Positions 50,209 to 59,342 of a DNA stretch of 64,000 nt are shown here, piece by piece. Origin of the DNA: Anaeromyxobacteraceae bacterium (GTDB lineage: Bacteria > Myxococcota > Myxococcia > Myxococcales > Anaeromyxobacteraceae); the NCBI GenBank assembly GCA_047602405.1, contig JASGHJ010000001.1, forward strand, positions 160,001 through 224,000, read 5' to 3'. A model generated the notes under the pieces. The model saw only the letters and a program-made list of their open reading frames with translations. It made no database searches and had not been told where the DNA came from. A program made the translations under genes and the position numbers. How positions within the stretch are numbered: the first letter of the stretch is position 1; each line of letters opens with the position of its first letter.

Positions 50209-52011
50209 ATGGACGCGTGCGCGGCCAGCGAGATCGTCGCGGAGACGTCGCCGGAGATCACTCCGGGTGACGCTGCGACGGGCATCACCCGCCGCGACCC
50301 GCTCGGCGACCGCTGGGACCTCCGCGCGCCGCGGTGGGATCTCCCGACCTTCACGCTGTTCGAGCTGCGCGAGCTCTGGCTGCGCGGCGACGGCGGCCTC
50401 GAGAAGTACGAAAGGGCTCTGGCCCAGGGCGCTCGCATGCTGCGGGCGCTGCAGGTCAGCCGCGCCGCGGTGCTCGCCAAGTTCACGGAGGGTGACCGGC
50501 TCGCCCGGCTGGGCTTCTCGAGCCTCGGCGACTTCACCGAGAACCTCCTCGGCACCCGCCGGCGCGCCGCGCAGGTGGAGGTCCAGCTCTCGAAGGCGCT
50601 GCGGGAGCGGCCGCTCCTCAGGGCCGCGGTGCACGCGGGCACGGTGAGCCCGTCGGCGGCGCTCGCGGTCCTGCCGGTCACGCCCGGAGACGACGAGGCG
50701 CGCTGGGTCGAGCGCGCGGCGGAGCTGCCGGTCCGCAGGCTCAAGCAGGAGGTGAAGCGGGCGCTGAAGGAGCGGAAGGCGCTGCCCGGGCCCGACGCCG
50801 CGGAGGAGAAGAGGGAAGAGGACGAGGCACCCTGGGTGCACCTCGACGTGCCGATCTCGGACCGGGCCAGCGAGCGGCTCCACAAGGCCCTCGCCCTCGC
50901 CGGCGAGCTCGTCGAGAGCCCGCACCGGTTCGTCCAGCTCGAGGCGCTCGGGCAGGAGTTCCTCTCCGAGCACCCGGGCGACGAGTGGGACGTGAAGGGC
51001 GCTGAGCTCGCCCTCGATCGAACGTTGCACCCCCTCGACGTCCCGACGAAGCGGAACGCCGCGGAGGCGAAGCTCGAGTCCGAGACCTCCTCCTGGGAGT
51101 TCCTCGACCCGGTCGTCCCGGTCCCGGCCGTCGAGCTCGACCCGCTCGACGCCGCGACGGACGACGACCTCTACGGGACCGCGCTCGGCCTCTCCCTGGA
51201 GATCAAGAGCTGGGAGGACCTCATCGGTTTCTGCTCGGCGGTCGTGAAGGGCGCCCGGCTCCACAAGGAGGCGGGGTTCGTCGACTTCCGTCACTACGCG
51301 ACCGAGCGGCTCGGCGTCCCGGCCCGCACCATCGAGACCCGCGCCGCGCTCGAGAAGCACCTCTGGGAGAAGCCCGAGCTCAAGGTCGCCAAGGAGATGG
51401 GCCTCAGCTACTCGAAGCTGCTCCTCCTGAAGGAGGTCCCGCAGGACCAGATCCTGGAATTCGCGAAGCGGGCCGAGACCCTGACGGTGGTCGAGCTCAA
51501 GGAGGCCGTCCAGGCGCGGACCGACGCGCATATGTCTGCGTCGAAGCGGTTCCGGGTGTGGGTCCCCCGCCGGGTCGCCCTGCTGCTCCACCAGGCGTTC
51601 CTGGCCTCGTTGGCGCTTCCGGTTCCGCCGGAGGAGGCGGAGACCCCCCAGTCCAGCACCCTGGACGGCGCCTTCCTCGGGAAGCTCGCGGACCACTTCA
51701 TCGCGGTCTGGGGCGGCGACGTGATGGAGCCGAAGACCGTCTCCCAGAAGCAGCGCGCGAAGTACCCGCGCTGCTGCTTCCCGGGCTGCAGCCGCCGCAG
51801 CGACCACGGCCACCACATCGAGTTCCGCAGCCACGGCGGCTCGGAGGACGCCTGGAACCGCATGCCGCTCTGCGCCTTCCACCACCACGTCGTCGTCCAC
51901 GGCGGCCACGCCACCATCACCGGCATCTTCCCCGACGCCGTCGAGTTCCGCGTGAACGGCGTCGTCTGGAAGGACGCGAATTTCGGGCGAACGCGGGCGG
52001 AGCGGGTCTGA
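50209..52011 (+). CDS. HNH endonuclease with long N-terminal DUF222-like region
   Basis: C-terminal CCFPGC..DHGHHIEFRSHGG....N..PLCAFHH...H. Confidence 0.82.
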   Translation: MDACAASEIVAETSPEITPGDAATGITRRDPLGDRWDLRAPRWDLPTFTLFELRELWLRGDGGLEKYERALAQGARMLRALQVSRAAVLAKFTEGDRLARLGFSSLGDFTENLLGTRRRAAQVEVQLSKALRERPLLRAAVHAGTVSPSAALAVLPVTPGDDEARWVERAAELPVRRLKQEVKRALKERKALPGPDAAEEKREEDEAPWVHLDVPISDRASERLHKALALAGELVESPHRFVQLEALGQEFLSEHPGDEWDVKGAELALDRTLHPLDVPTKRNAAEAKLESETSSWEFLDPVVPVPAVELDPLDAATDDDLYGTALGLSLEIKSWEDLIGFCSAVVKGARLHKEAGFVDFRHYATERLGVPARTIETRAALEKHLWEKPELKVAKEMGLSYSKLLLLKEVPQDQILEFAKRAETLTVVELKEAVQARTDAHMSASKRFRVWVPRRVALLLHQAFLASLALPVPPEEAETPQSSTLDGAFLGKLADHFIAVWGGDVMEPKTVSQKQRAKYPRCCFPGCSRRSDHGHHIEFRSHGGSEDAWNRMPLCAFHHHVVVHGGHATITGIFPDAVEFRVNGVVWKDANFGRTRAERV

Positions 52012-52012
52012 C

Positions 52013-52360
52013 CTAGATCGTCACGACCTTCGCCGCGCCCATCGTCCGCTGCACGATCTCGCGCATGTTGCTCACCGTGCCCACCGCCAGCTTCTGCGTG
52101 AGGGCGAAGTGCTCGAGGCAGGTCACGCAGGCGAGGAGGTCCACCCCGGCCGCGTGCAGCGCCTGGAGCGCCTCGACGTGCGGCGAGCCCTCGGCGAGGA
52201 GCTTCACCGCCGCGTTGTAGAAGACGATGGCATCGGGCTTCTCGTCGACCGTGCCGAGCGTCCGGAAGAAGCTTCCCAGGATCTTCGCGCCGAGCGCGTC
52301 GTCGCCCCGGCCCATCGTCTCCGCGTGCACCGCGATCACCGTGCCGCTCTTGCCCGCCAT
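52013..52360 (-). CDS. DsrE-like protein (YedF-type sulfur/selenium relay domain)
   Basis: MGRGDDALGAKILGSFF, VFYNAAVKL, ACVTCLEH, VGTVSNMREI; GGAGG RBS. Confidence 0.82.
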   Translation of the reverse strand: MAGKSGTVIAVHAETMGRGDDALGAKILGSFFRTLGTVDEKPDAIVFYNAAVKLLAEGSPHVEALQALHAAGVDLLACVTCLEHFALTQKLAVGTVSNMREIVQRTMGAAKVVTI

Positions 52361-52396
52361 GCGCTCGACCTCCGGTCCCCGTGCGCCTCGTGTCTC

Positions 52397-52433
52397 GAGC
52401 CACCCAGCATGAGCCACCCAGTATGAGCCACCC
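52397..52433. repeat. 14-bp tandem direct repeat (~2.6 copies)
   Basis: GAGCCACCCAG(C/T)AT units at 52397, 52411 and 52425. Confidence 0.75.
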
Positions 52434-52464
52434 CGGGCCGGCCGGGGTGCGCTACGGTGAGGCG

Positions 52465-53748
52465 GTGACCGGTCTCTCCGCGAGGGCCGCGCTGGCGCCC
52501 GGCGCGACGCCCGCCGCCCCCTCCCGCCTCGCCCTCGCCCGGCTCTCGGCCTGGCTCGGCCTCGTCGGCTTCGGCGGCGGCATCGCGGTGCTGGCGACCA
52601 TGCGCACCGCGCTCGTCGACCAGCGCCGCTGGCTCTCCGAGCGCGAATTCGCGGTCACGGCCACCGTCTCGCAGATGATCCCGGGGGGCGCCGCGGCGAA
52701 CGCGCTCGCCTACACGGGACTGCGGATGTTCGGCCCCGGCGGCGCGGCGCTCGCGTACGCCGCCTTCATCGCGCCGGGCGCCGTGGTCGTGCTCGCGCTC
52801 GCCGCCGCGTACGCCCACCTCGGCGTCACCCCGCACCTCGCGCCGGCGCTCGCCGGGATGAACGCGGCGGTGGTGGGCGTGGTCGGCGCCATCACGCTGC
52901 AGCTCGTGCGGAGCGGCGTCTCGCGCCCCTGGCAGATGGGCGTCGCGGGCGGGGCGCTCCTCCTCGCGCTCGCGGGTGGGGCCTCCGCCGCCGAGGTGGC
53001 CGCGCTCGGCGTCGGCGCCGGGCTCGTGCTCGACCTCGGGATCGCCCGCTTCCGGCTCGCCCGCGTGCAGCGGGCCGGCGCCGCTCGTCCCGGGCCCGTC
53101 GAGGAACGAGCCGCCTCGAGGGAGCCGCCGCCGGTGGCCCTCCCCGAGGAGGGCGAGCGCCTCCCCACGCCGCCCGGCGGCGAGCACGCGCTCCTGCCGC
53201 TCGCGCTCGGCGCGGCGCCGGCGCTGGGCGCCCTCGGGACGCTCGGCCTCGTGCTTTTCCGCGCCGGGCTCGGTGCGTACGGCGGCGGCTTCGCGGCGGT
53301 CACGCAGCTGCGCGCGGCGGTGCTCGAGCACGGCTGGCTCACCGCCCGGCAGTTCGCGGACGCGGTCGCGATCGGCAAGCTCACGCCCGGGCCGGTGCTG
53401 CTCATGGCGACCTTCGTGGGCTACCTCACCGCCGGCCTGCCCGGCGCGCTCGTCGCGACGGTCTCGATCTTCGCCGGGCCGCTCCTCCTCGTGCTCGGGA
53501 TCGGCGCGGTGCTCGCGCGCTACCGCTCGCGCCGTCCGGTGCGCGCGGCGCTGCGGGGGCTCACGCCCGCGGTGGTCGGGCTCATGGCCGCCGCGGCGCT
53601 CACGCTCGGCAGCTCGCTCGAGGGCGCGCCGGAGCTCGCGATCGCGGGCGCGGCGTTCCTCACCCTCGCGCGCTTCCGGGCGAGCCCGGTGGCCGTGATG
53701 GCGGCCGGCGGCGCCGCGCGGCTCGCGCTCGCGCTCGCCGGCCGCTGA
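52465..53748 (+). CDS. chrA: Long-chain chromate-ion transporter (CHR family)
   Basis: Two domains with GFGGG..VDQRRWL..SQMIPG and AYGGG..GWLT..GKLTPGP. Confidence 0.85.
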   Translation: MTGLSARAALAPGATPAAPSRLALARLSAWLGLVGFGGGIAVLATMRTALVDQRRWLSEREFAVTATVSQMIPGGAAANALAYTGLRMFGPGGAALAYAAFIAPGAVVVLALAAAYAHLGVTPHLAPALAGMNAAVVGVVGAITLQLVRSGVSRPWQMGVAGGALLLALAGGASAAEVAALGVGAGLVLDLGIARFRLARVQRAGAARPGPVEERAASREPPPVALPEEGERLPTPPGGEHALLPLALGAAPALGALGTLGLVLFRAGLGAYGGGFAAVTQLRAAVLEHGWLTARQFADAVAIGKLTPGPVLLMATFVGYLTAGLPGALVATVSIFAGPLLLVLGIGAVLARYRSRRPVRAALRGLTPAVVGLMAAAALTLGSSLEGAPELAIAGAAFLTLARFRASPVAVMAAGGAARLALALAGR

Positions 53749-53755
53749 GCGGCTG

Positions 53756-54115
53756 CTACTTCGCGGTCGCCGGCGTGTTCGTCGCTGCCGCGGGCTGGGT
53801 CGTCGCTGCCGCGGGCGGGGTCGCCGGCGGAGCGTCGGGCTTCCCGTAGTACTTCACGAGGTAGTCGACGATCTTCGGCACGTCCTCGGGCTTGATCTTG
53901 GCGTCGAACATCTTGACCATCTTGCCGACCGAGCCCTCCCACGCCTTGCGATCCAGGAACGGCGAGTTCATCTGGATGTAGTCGAGGCTGTGGCACATCG
54001 AGCAGCTCGCCTTCACGAGCGCGGCGTCCGGGCCGTCCTTCAGCTTCACCGCCTTCTCGTCCGCGAGCGCGGCGGGCGCCGCGGCGAGGAGGGCCATCAC
54101 GATCAGGGTGCGCAT
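53756..54115 (-). CDS. sorB: Monoheme cytochrome c subunit of sulfite dehydrogenase (SorB-like)
   Basis: Signal peptide, CSMCHSLDYI, WEGSVGKMVK, IVDYLVKYYG; directly downstream of sorA. Confidence 0.8.
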   Translation of the reverse strand: MRTLIVMALLAAAPAALADEKAVKLKDGPDAALVKASCSMCHSLDYIQMNSPFLDRKAWEGSVGKMVKMFDAKIKPEDVPKIVDYLVKYYGKPDAPPATPPAAATTQPAAATNTPATAK

Positions 54116-54126
54116 GCGGTGCCTCC

Positions 54127-55365
54127 TCACCCGACGTCGAGGGTGACCTTCGAGACGACGTTGTTGTGGTAGCCGGCCGGGTTGAACACGAGCTCGAACG
54201 ACTGCGAGCCGCCGAGCCGGTTGGTCGCCTTCGCGAGCACGACCTGGGCGCCCTTCCCCTCCGCCTGGATCGCCATCGAGAACGACCGGAACGAGAACTT
54301 CCCGAGGTCCTGGCCGAGGTCCGCGGGACGCCAGCTCCGGCCGCCGTCCGCCGAGACCTCGACGGTGCGGATGCCGTAGCCGCCGTCCCAGGCGATGCCC
54401 TTCACCTCGACCTGGTCGCCGGCCTTCACCTTCTGGCCCTCGCGCAGGTTCGTGATGAGCGAGTTCGTCACCATCTCGGTGATGGGCATGTTCACGTCGC
54501 TCTCCTGCGACGAGAACCGGTCCACGAGCGGAAACTTGCCCTTCGGGATCCGGTAGGCCGGCGCCATCCAGAACGACTTGAACGGCTGCGTCACCGCCTG
54601 GATCGAGACCACGTGCTTCATCCAGTAGGTCGCCGTCCAGCCCGGCACCACGAGGCGCACCGGGTCGCCGTGGTAGTGCGGGATCGGCTCGCCGTTCATC
54701 TCCCAGGCGAGCAGGGTGTTCTCGTCGAGCGCCTTCCAGACCGGGATGCTCTTCTGGAAGTCCGGCGTGGTCGCGAGCACCGCGGTGTCGGCGCCGTTCG
54801 CGACGATCTCGACGGCCTCCTTCTTGACGCCCGCCTTCGCGAGCACGTCCCTGAGCCGCACGCCCTTCCAGCGCGCGTTGCCCATCGCGCCGTGGCCCCA
54901 CTGCACGCCGGCCACGTGGGGCTCGGAGAGGCCGCGGCGGTTGCCGGAGCAGAGGCACACCGCGACGGTCTCGACCTGCTCGAAGTCCTTCCTGAGCGCG
55001 GCGAGGTCGAAGGTGAGCGGCTTCTCGAGGCCGTCGCCGCCGAGCTCGAGCTTCCACCGGGCCGGATCGACCTTCGGGGTCACCGGCAGGTGGCAGCGGA
55101 CGAAGAACGCGTCGTTCGGCGTGATGGCGTCGTCGAAGTACTCGACCGGCGTCTCGTAGTTCAGCGGCCGGTAGGTCCGCTTGATGAGCGGGCGCTTCCC
55201 GGGGAGGGACTCGAGCACCGACTCCTCGAGCGTGCCGGCGGGGAGGCCGGCCGGGCCGAGCGAGGGCTTCTCGCCGGCGTGGGCCCAGCGGGGGAGGAGG
55301 GCGCCGGCGCCGGCCACGGCGGCGCCGCTCGCAACCTTGCGAAGGAATTGACGTCTGGAGGTCAT
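54127..55365 (-). CDS. sorA: Sulfite-oxidase-family molybdoenzyme (SorA-like), Tat-exported
   Basis: SRRQFL Tat motif, FFVRCHL, CSGNRRG Mo-Cys, GVQWGHGAMGNARW, GIAWDGG, NPAGYHNN. Confidence 0.88.
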   Translation of the reverse strand: MTSRRQFLRKVASGAAVAGAGALLPRWAHAGEKPSLGPAGLPAGTLEESVLESLPGKRPLIKRTYRPLNYETPVEYFDDAITPNDAFFVRCHLPVTPKVDPARWKLELGGDGLEKPLTFDLAALRKDFEQVETVAVCLCSGNRRGLSEPHVAGVQWGHGAMGNARWKGVRLRDVLAKAGVKKEAVEIVANGADTAVLATTPDFQKSIPVWKALDENTLLAWEMNGEPIPHYHGDPVRLVVPGWTATYWMKHVVSIQAVTQPFKSFWMAPAYRIPKGKFPLVDRFSSQESDVNMPITEMVTNSLITNLREGQKVKAGDQVEVKGIAWDGGYGIRTVEVSADGGRSWRPADLGQDLGKFSFRSFSMAIQAEGKGAQVVLAKATNRLGGSQSFELVFNPAGYHNNVVSKVTLDVG

Positions 55366-55537
55366 GTCCGCTCCCTGCTTCAGCGGCCGGCCGGCGTGGA
55401 GGTCCGCGGCCGCCGGTCATCACGGGGGGTCACATCACGGTGCGTGTAGCGTGGGGCGTCGAAGAAGCATCCCGATCCGCGCGTGGCGCGTCAAGCCGCT
55501 GCGCTCCCTGCACCCGAGCGGAGCGCGCGCACCCCGC

Positions 55538-55750
55538 TCACGCGCCGCGCTGCGGCGCGTCCTTTCCGGGGTCGATGGTCCGCCACTGGTAGGTGGGCGC
55601 CTCGCCGTGGTGACCGATGGTGATCATCCGGATCATCTTCAGGTTGATCCACGCGAACCGCACGAGCTGCCACGGCAGGAACGTCCGCATGAGGACGGTC
55701 CAGCGCGTCGGCATGGGCGCGTGGAAGGTCTGCTCGCCGGGTCTGGGCAT
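55538..55750 (-). CDS. Small (70 aa) protein directly downstream of sqr
   Basis: GGGAG RBS 11 bp after the sqr stop; MPRPGEQTFHAPMPTRWTVLMRTFLPWQLVRFAWINLKMIRMI. Confidence 0.6.
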   Translation of the reverse strand: MPRPGEQTFHAPMPTRWTVLMRTFLPWQLVRFAWINLKMIRMITIGHHGEAPTYQWRTIDPGKDAPQRGA

Positions 55751-55761
55751 CGTCGACTCCC

Positions 55762-57216
55762 CTACTCCGGGATCAGCCACCAGCCCGCGCGGGCCTTGGC
55801 CTTCCAGAGGAACAGGTGGTGGAGGATCTTCTTGATCCAGTGGCCGGCGAGGCCGATCTCGCCGAACGTGAAGCGGAAGTCCCGGCCGTAGTCCGGGTAC
55901 TTGTCGTAGTCCGGCACGATCGGGAACATGGTCATCGAGGCCGCGGAGCCGCCGAGCCAGCTTGCGCCGGCCGAGGCCACGCAGGACGCGCCCATCTCGG
56001 CCATCGACGCGGTGCGCGTCGGCCGGGGCGTGCCCATCACGATCATGCCGGTGATGGACTCGGCGACCGCGCGGGCCATGACGGCCGACGGCATGCCGGT
56101 GCGCGGCGGGGCGGGGGCGATCAGCGTCCCCTTCGCCGACTTCCGCGGGCGGGAGATCGCGTGCGGCGGCGCGAAGGCGATGCCGATCGCGAAGACGTTG
56201 GGGTACCTGGGGGTCTGGTAGGTCTTCGGCCAGTCGGCCGCCTTCCACTGCTCGAACGGCTTCGCGGTGTAGTCGGCGTCGACCCGCATGAACCCGCTCG
56301 GCGCGAAGACCTCGGAGGTGATCTCGGCCCCGTCCTTCGCGAAGGCCTTGATGGGCTGGCCGGCGAACGGGGGCAGCAGCATCGCGAAGTCGAACGGGAG
56401 GTCGTGCTCGACCCCGTCGAGCGTCTCGTAGTGCACCACGTCCGGCTCGACCCGGTGCACGTGGGCGCCGGTGATCCACTCGATGCCGCGCTCGGCGTAC
56501 AGCGACTCGGCGAAGGTCTTCGAGTGCACGCGGTAGCCGCCGCGCTCGAGGTGCACGCCGCCCACGCCGAAATCGCCGAGGTCGGCCTCGTTCGTGAGGA
56601 AGACGATGCGGGCGCGGTCGCGCACGCCCGCCTGCCGGAGCGTGAACTCGACGTTGAAGACGTACTCGAACGCCGCGCCCTCGCAGGTGCACAGGCCGTG
56701 GCCGACGCCGACCACCAGCGTCAGCCGCTCGCCCTGGCGCATCCGGGCGATGGCCTGCGCGAGCGCCTTCGCCGCGTGAGCGGCGTGGTCGTTCGTGCAG
56801 ACCGAGACGGTGTGGGCCTCGGGGCCGAGGCCGGGCGTCGCCGCGAAGTTGAGGCGGGGACCGGTCGCGTTGACGAGGTAGTCGTAGGGCACGCGGGAGC
56901 GCTCGCCCGCCGCGGCGCCGGTGGACTCCACCACGACGTGCGGCCCGGGCTCGGCGGCGCCGCCCTCGGCCCACAGCTCGACCGCCTTCGCCTGGACGAA
57001 CTCGATGCCCTCCCGCCGGTAGACCGGGGCGAGCTCGAAGACGACGTCCTCCGGCTTCATCATCCCGACGCCCACCCAGATGTTGGACGGGATCCAGTTG
57101 CAGGTCGGCTTCGGGGAGACCACGGTGACCGTGTGCTCGCGCGGGAGCTCCTTCCGGAGGAGCAGCGCCGCCGTGTGCCCCGCGATGCCGGCGCCGAGGA
57201 CCACCACCTTCGCCAT
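55762..57216 (-). CDS. sqr: Sulfide:quinone oxidoreductase
   Basis: VVVLGAGIAG, WIPSNIWVG, SVCT, GHGLCTCEGAAFE, APPRTGMPS, ASCVASAG, GLAGHWIK. Confidence 0.87.
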   Translation of the reverse strand: MAKVVVLGAGIAGHTAALLLRKELPREHTVTVVSPKPTCNWIPSNIWVGVGMMKPEDVVFELAPVYRREGIEFVQAKAVELWAEGGAAEPGPHVVVESTGAAAGERSRVPYDYLVNATGPRLNFAATPGLGPEAHTVSVCTNDHAAHAAKALAQAIARMRQGERLTLVVGVGHGLCTCEGAAFEYVFNVEFTLRQAGVRDRARIVFLTNEADLGDFGVGGVHLERGGYRVHSKTFAESLYAERGIEWITGAHVHRVEPDVVHYETLDGVEHDLPFDFAMLLPPFAGQPIKAFAKDGAEITSEVFAPSGFMRVDADYTAKPFEQWKAADWPKTYQTPRYPNVFAIGIAFAPPHAISRPRKSAKGTLIAPAPPRTGMPSAVMARAVAESITGMIVMGTPRPTRTASMAEMGASCVASAGASWLGGSAASMTMFPIVPDYDKYPDYGRDFRFTFGEIGLAGHWIKKILHHLFLWKAKARAGWWLIPE

Positions 57217-57310
57217 GGAGACCTCCCCTGGACCACGAGCGGGCCCGAGCCACGTGTGAGGTGCGGAGGGTGGCGGGCGGTTCGCGCTCGCCCCGCCCGG
57301 GACCGAGGTG

Positions 57311-57457
57311 ATGGACGGCGCCGCCTACGTGCACCGCGACGACACCGTCGAGCGGATGATCCCGCTGCCGGTGGTCGGGCACTGGATGGAGCGCGGCTGG
57401 GGCCGCTACTTCACGCTCTCGAAGAAGCGGCTCGTGCCGCGGCTGCCGGGGACGTAG
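57311..57457 (+). pseudogene. 48-codon ORF resembling the C-terminus of an SQR-like flavoprotein (remnant)
   Basis: MDGAAYVHRDDTVERMIPLPVVGHWMERGWGRYFTLSKKRLVPRLPGT; GHW motif and amphipathic helix; coding-like GC3. Confidence 0.45.
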
Positions 57458-57574
57458 CCGGCCCGGGGCGGCGGCCCGGACCCCGTCCCGAGGTGGGCGG
57501 GGCCGAGGGTCGCAGCCCCACCCGGCCACCGCCGGCCTCGGCCCCCTGCGTCAGCATTCCCTGCATCTCGACGC

Positions 57575-57625
57575 TTGACGCCGGTCAACCGCCCTGGCAG
57601 AACGTTCAACGATTCAATTGAACGT
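57575..57625 (+). promoter_or_regulatory. Promoter plus ArsR-type operator palindrome
   Basis: TTGACG-N17-CAGAAC (57575-57603), then ACGTTCAA-N8-TTGAACGT (57602-57625) overlapping the start codon. Confidence 0.6.
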
Positions 57626-58398
57626 GATCTCCTGACAAGAACGCCCTCGCGCGCGCCCACTACGCGGAGCTCGCCCGCATCGGGAAGGTCCTCGGCAGCC
57701 CCGTCCGGCTGCTCCTGCTGGATCTCCTGCGCCAGGGGCCGCGCTCGGTCGAGACGCTCGCCGAGGCCGCGGGCCTGCCGGTCGCGAACGCCTCGCAGCA
57801 CCTCCAGCACATGCGCCGCGCCCGCGTGATCGCGGCCGAGCAGCGCGGCCGGTTCACCGTGTACCGCCTCGCGGCCGAGAACGTCTCGGCGGTCTTCGCC
57901 GCGCTGCGCCTGCTCGCGGAGGACCTCCTCCCCGAGATGGACCGGCTCCGCGGCGAGCTCTCCGTGCTCGGCCCGGAGGAGCGCGAGGAGCTCCTCGAGG
58001 CGATCCGTCGCGACGCCGTGACGCTCGTCGACGTCCGCCCGGTCGAGGAGTTCCGCGCCGGGCACCTCCCCGGCGCCCACTCGATGCCGCTCGCCGAGCT
58101 GCGCGAGCGCCTCGCCGAGCTGCCGCGCGAGCGCGAGATCGTCGCGTACTGCCGCGGCCCTTACTGCACGCTCGCGGGCACCGCCGTCCGGATCCTCGAG
58201 CAGGCCGGCTTCAGGGCCCGCCACCTCGACCTCGGCGTACCCGACCTCAGGGCCCGCCGCTTCCGCATCGCCTCCGGCGACGCCGCGCAACCGCGCCGCG
58301 CCGCCCCGCCCACCCGCCGCGCCGTTCGCACCTCGAAGCCCAGCACCTCGAAGCTCAGCACCTCGAGGCCCCGCACCCGCACCCGGAGCTCCCGATGA
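57624..58398 (+). CDS. ArsR/SmtB regulator fused to a rhodanese domain; one extra base right after the GTG start
   Basis: ARIGKVLGSPVRLLLLDLLRQGPRSVETLA..NASQHL (open from 57628); VDVRPVEEFRAGHLPGA, YCRGPYC. Confidence 0.85.
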
Positions 58399-59333
58399 GA
58401 CACCTCGTTGCCGTCGCCGCCCTCGCGTTCGCCACCCCCGCCCTCTCCGACGACGTCTTCGTGTCCGCGGACGAGGCGAAGGCCCTCGCCGGGAAGCCCG
58501 ACGTCCGGTTCGTCTACGCCGACGCCGTGAAGAAGTTCGAGGCCGGGCACGTCCCCGGCTCGGTCGTCGCCTTCGCGCACGACCTCCACTTCCTCGACGA
58601 CGTGAAGGCCTGCAAGGGCCTGCCGATGTGCGAGCCCGCCGCCGCGAAGCTCATCGGCGGCACCCTCGGCATCGACGGGAAGACCCAGGTCGTCGTGTAC
58701 GACGACGGCCCGGGCGCGAACGCGTCCGGCACCTGGTTCTTCCTCGAGCTCTACGGCGTGCCGAACGTGAAGATCCTCGACGGCGGCCTCGCCGCCTGGA
58801 AGGCGAAGGGCGGCGCGGTCGAGGCCGGCGCCCCGGCGAAGGTCGCCGCGAAGGCGTTCACGCCCGCCGTGCAGTGGAACATGATCGCGACGGTCGACGA
58901 GGTGAAGAAGGCGACCGCCGACGGCGCCCACTACGTCATCCTCGACTCCCGCCACAACCTCGACGAGTACACCGGCAAGCAGCTCCTCGGCGCGCTCTCC
59001 GCGCCCGGCAAGGAGCAGACCGTGAAGCGCGGCGGCGCGATCCCCGGCGCGATCTTCTCGCCCTGGTCGAAGTACGCCGGCAACAAGGACGGCGCGGCCG
59101 ACAAGCCGACGCTGAAGGACCCCGCCGAGCTCGCGAAGCAGCTCGAGAAGCTCAAGAAGAACGGCTACGACCCGTCGAAGACCGTCATCACCTACTGCCA
59201 CGTCGGCCTGGGCCGCGGCTCGTTCCAGTACCTCGCGCTGCGCGCCGCCGGCCACAAGAACACGAAGGTCTACGTCGGCTCCTGGGACGAGTGGGGCAAC
59301 GACGCCTCGCTCCCGCTCGCCGCGCAGCCGTAG
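58395..59333 (+). CDS. Periplasmic two-domain rhodanese/sulfurtransferase
   Basis: Signal peptide, GHVPGS, KILDGGLAAWK, TYCHVGLGRG active loop, VYVGSWDEW. Confidence 0.88.
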   Translation: MRHLVAVAALAFATPALSDDVFVSADEAKALAGKPDVRFVYADAVKKFEAGHVPGSVVAFAHDLHFLDDVKACKGLPMCEPAAAKLIGGTLGIDGKTQVVVYDDGPGANASGTWFFLELYGVPNVKILDGGLAAWKAKGGAVEAGAPAKVAAKAFTPAVQWNMIATVDEVKKATADGAHYVILDSRHNLDEYTGKQLLGALSAPGKEQTVKRGGAIPGAIFSPWSKYAGNKDGAADKPTLKDPAELAKQLEKLKKNGYDPSKTVITYCHVGLGRGSFQYLALRAAGHKNTKVYVGSWDEWGNDASLPLAAQP

Positions 59334-59342
59334 GAGGTCGTC

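Noticed and set aside
57619..57627. Selenocysteine TGA read-through at the start of the ArsR gene
   Set aside because: Two nearby in-frame TGA codons and no upstream start; one extra base after GTG 57624 explains it better.
58328..58384. 15-bp tandem repeat at the 3' end of the ArsR-rhodanese gene (similar short repeats in the sorB tail and the 45091 signal peptide)
   Set aside because: In-frame low-complexity tails with no sign of a separate function.
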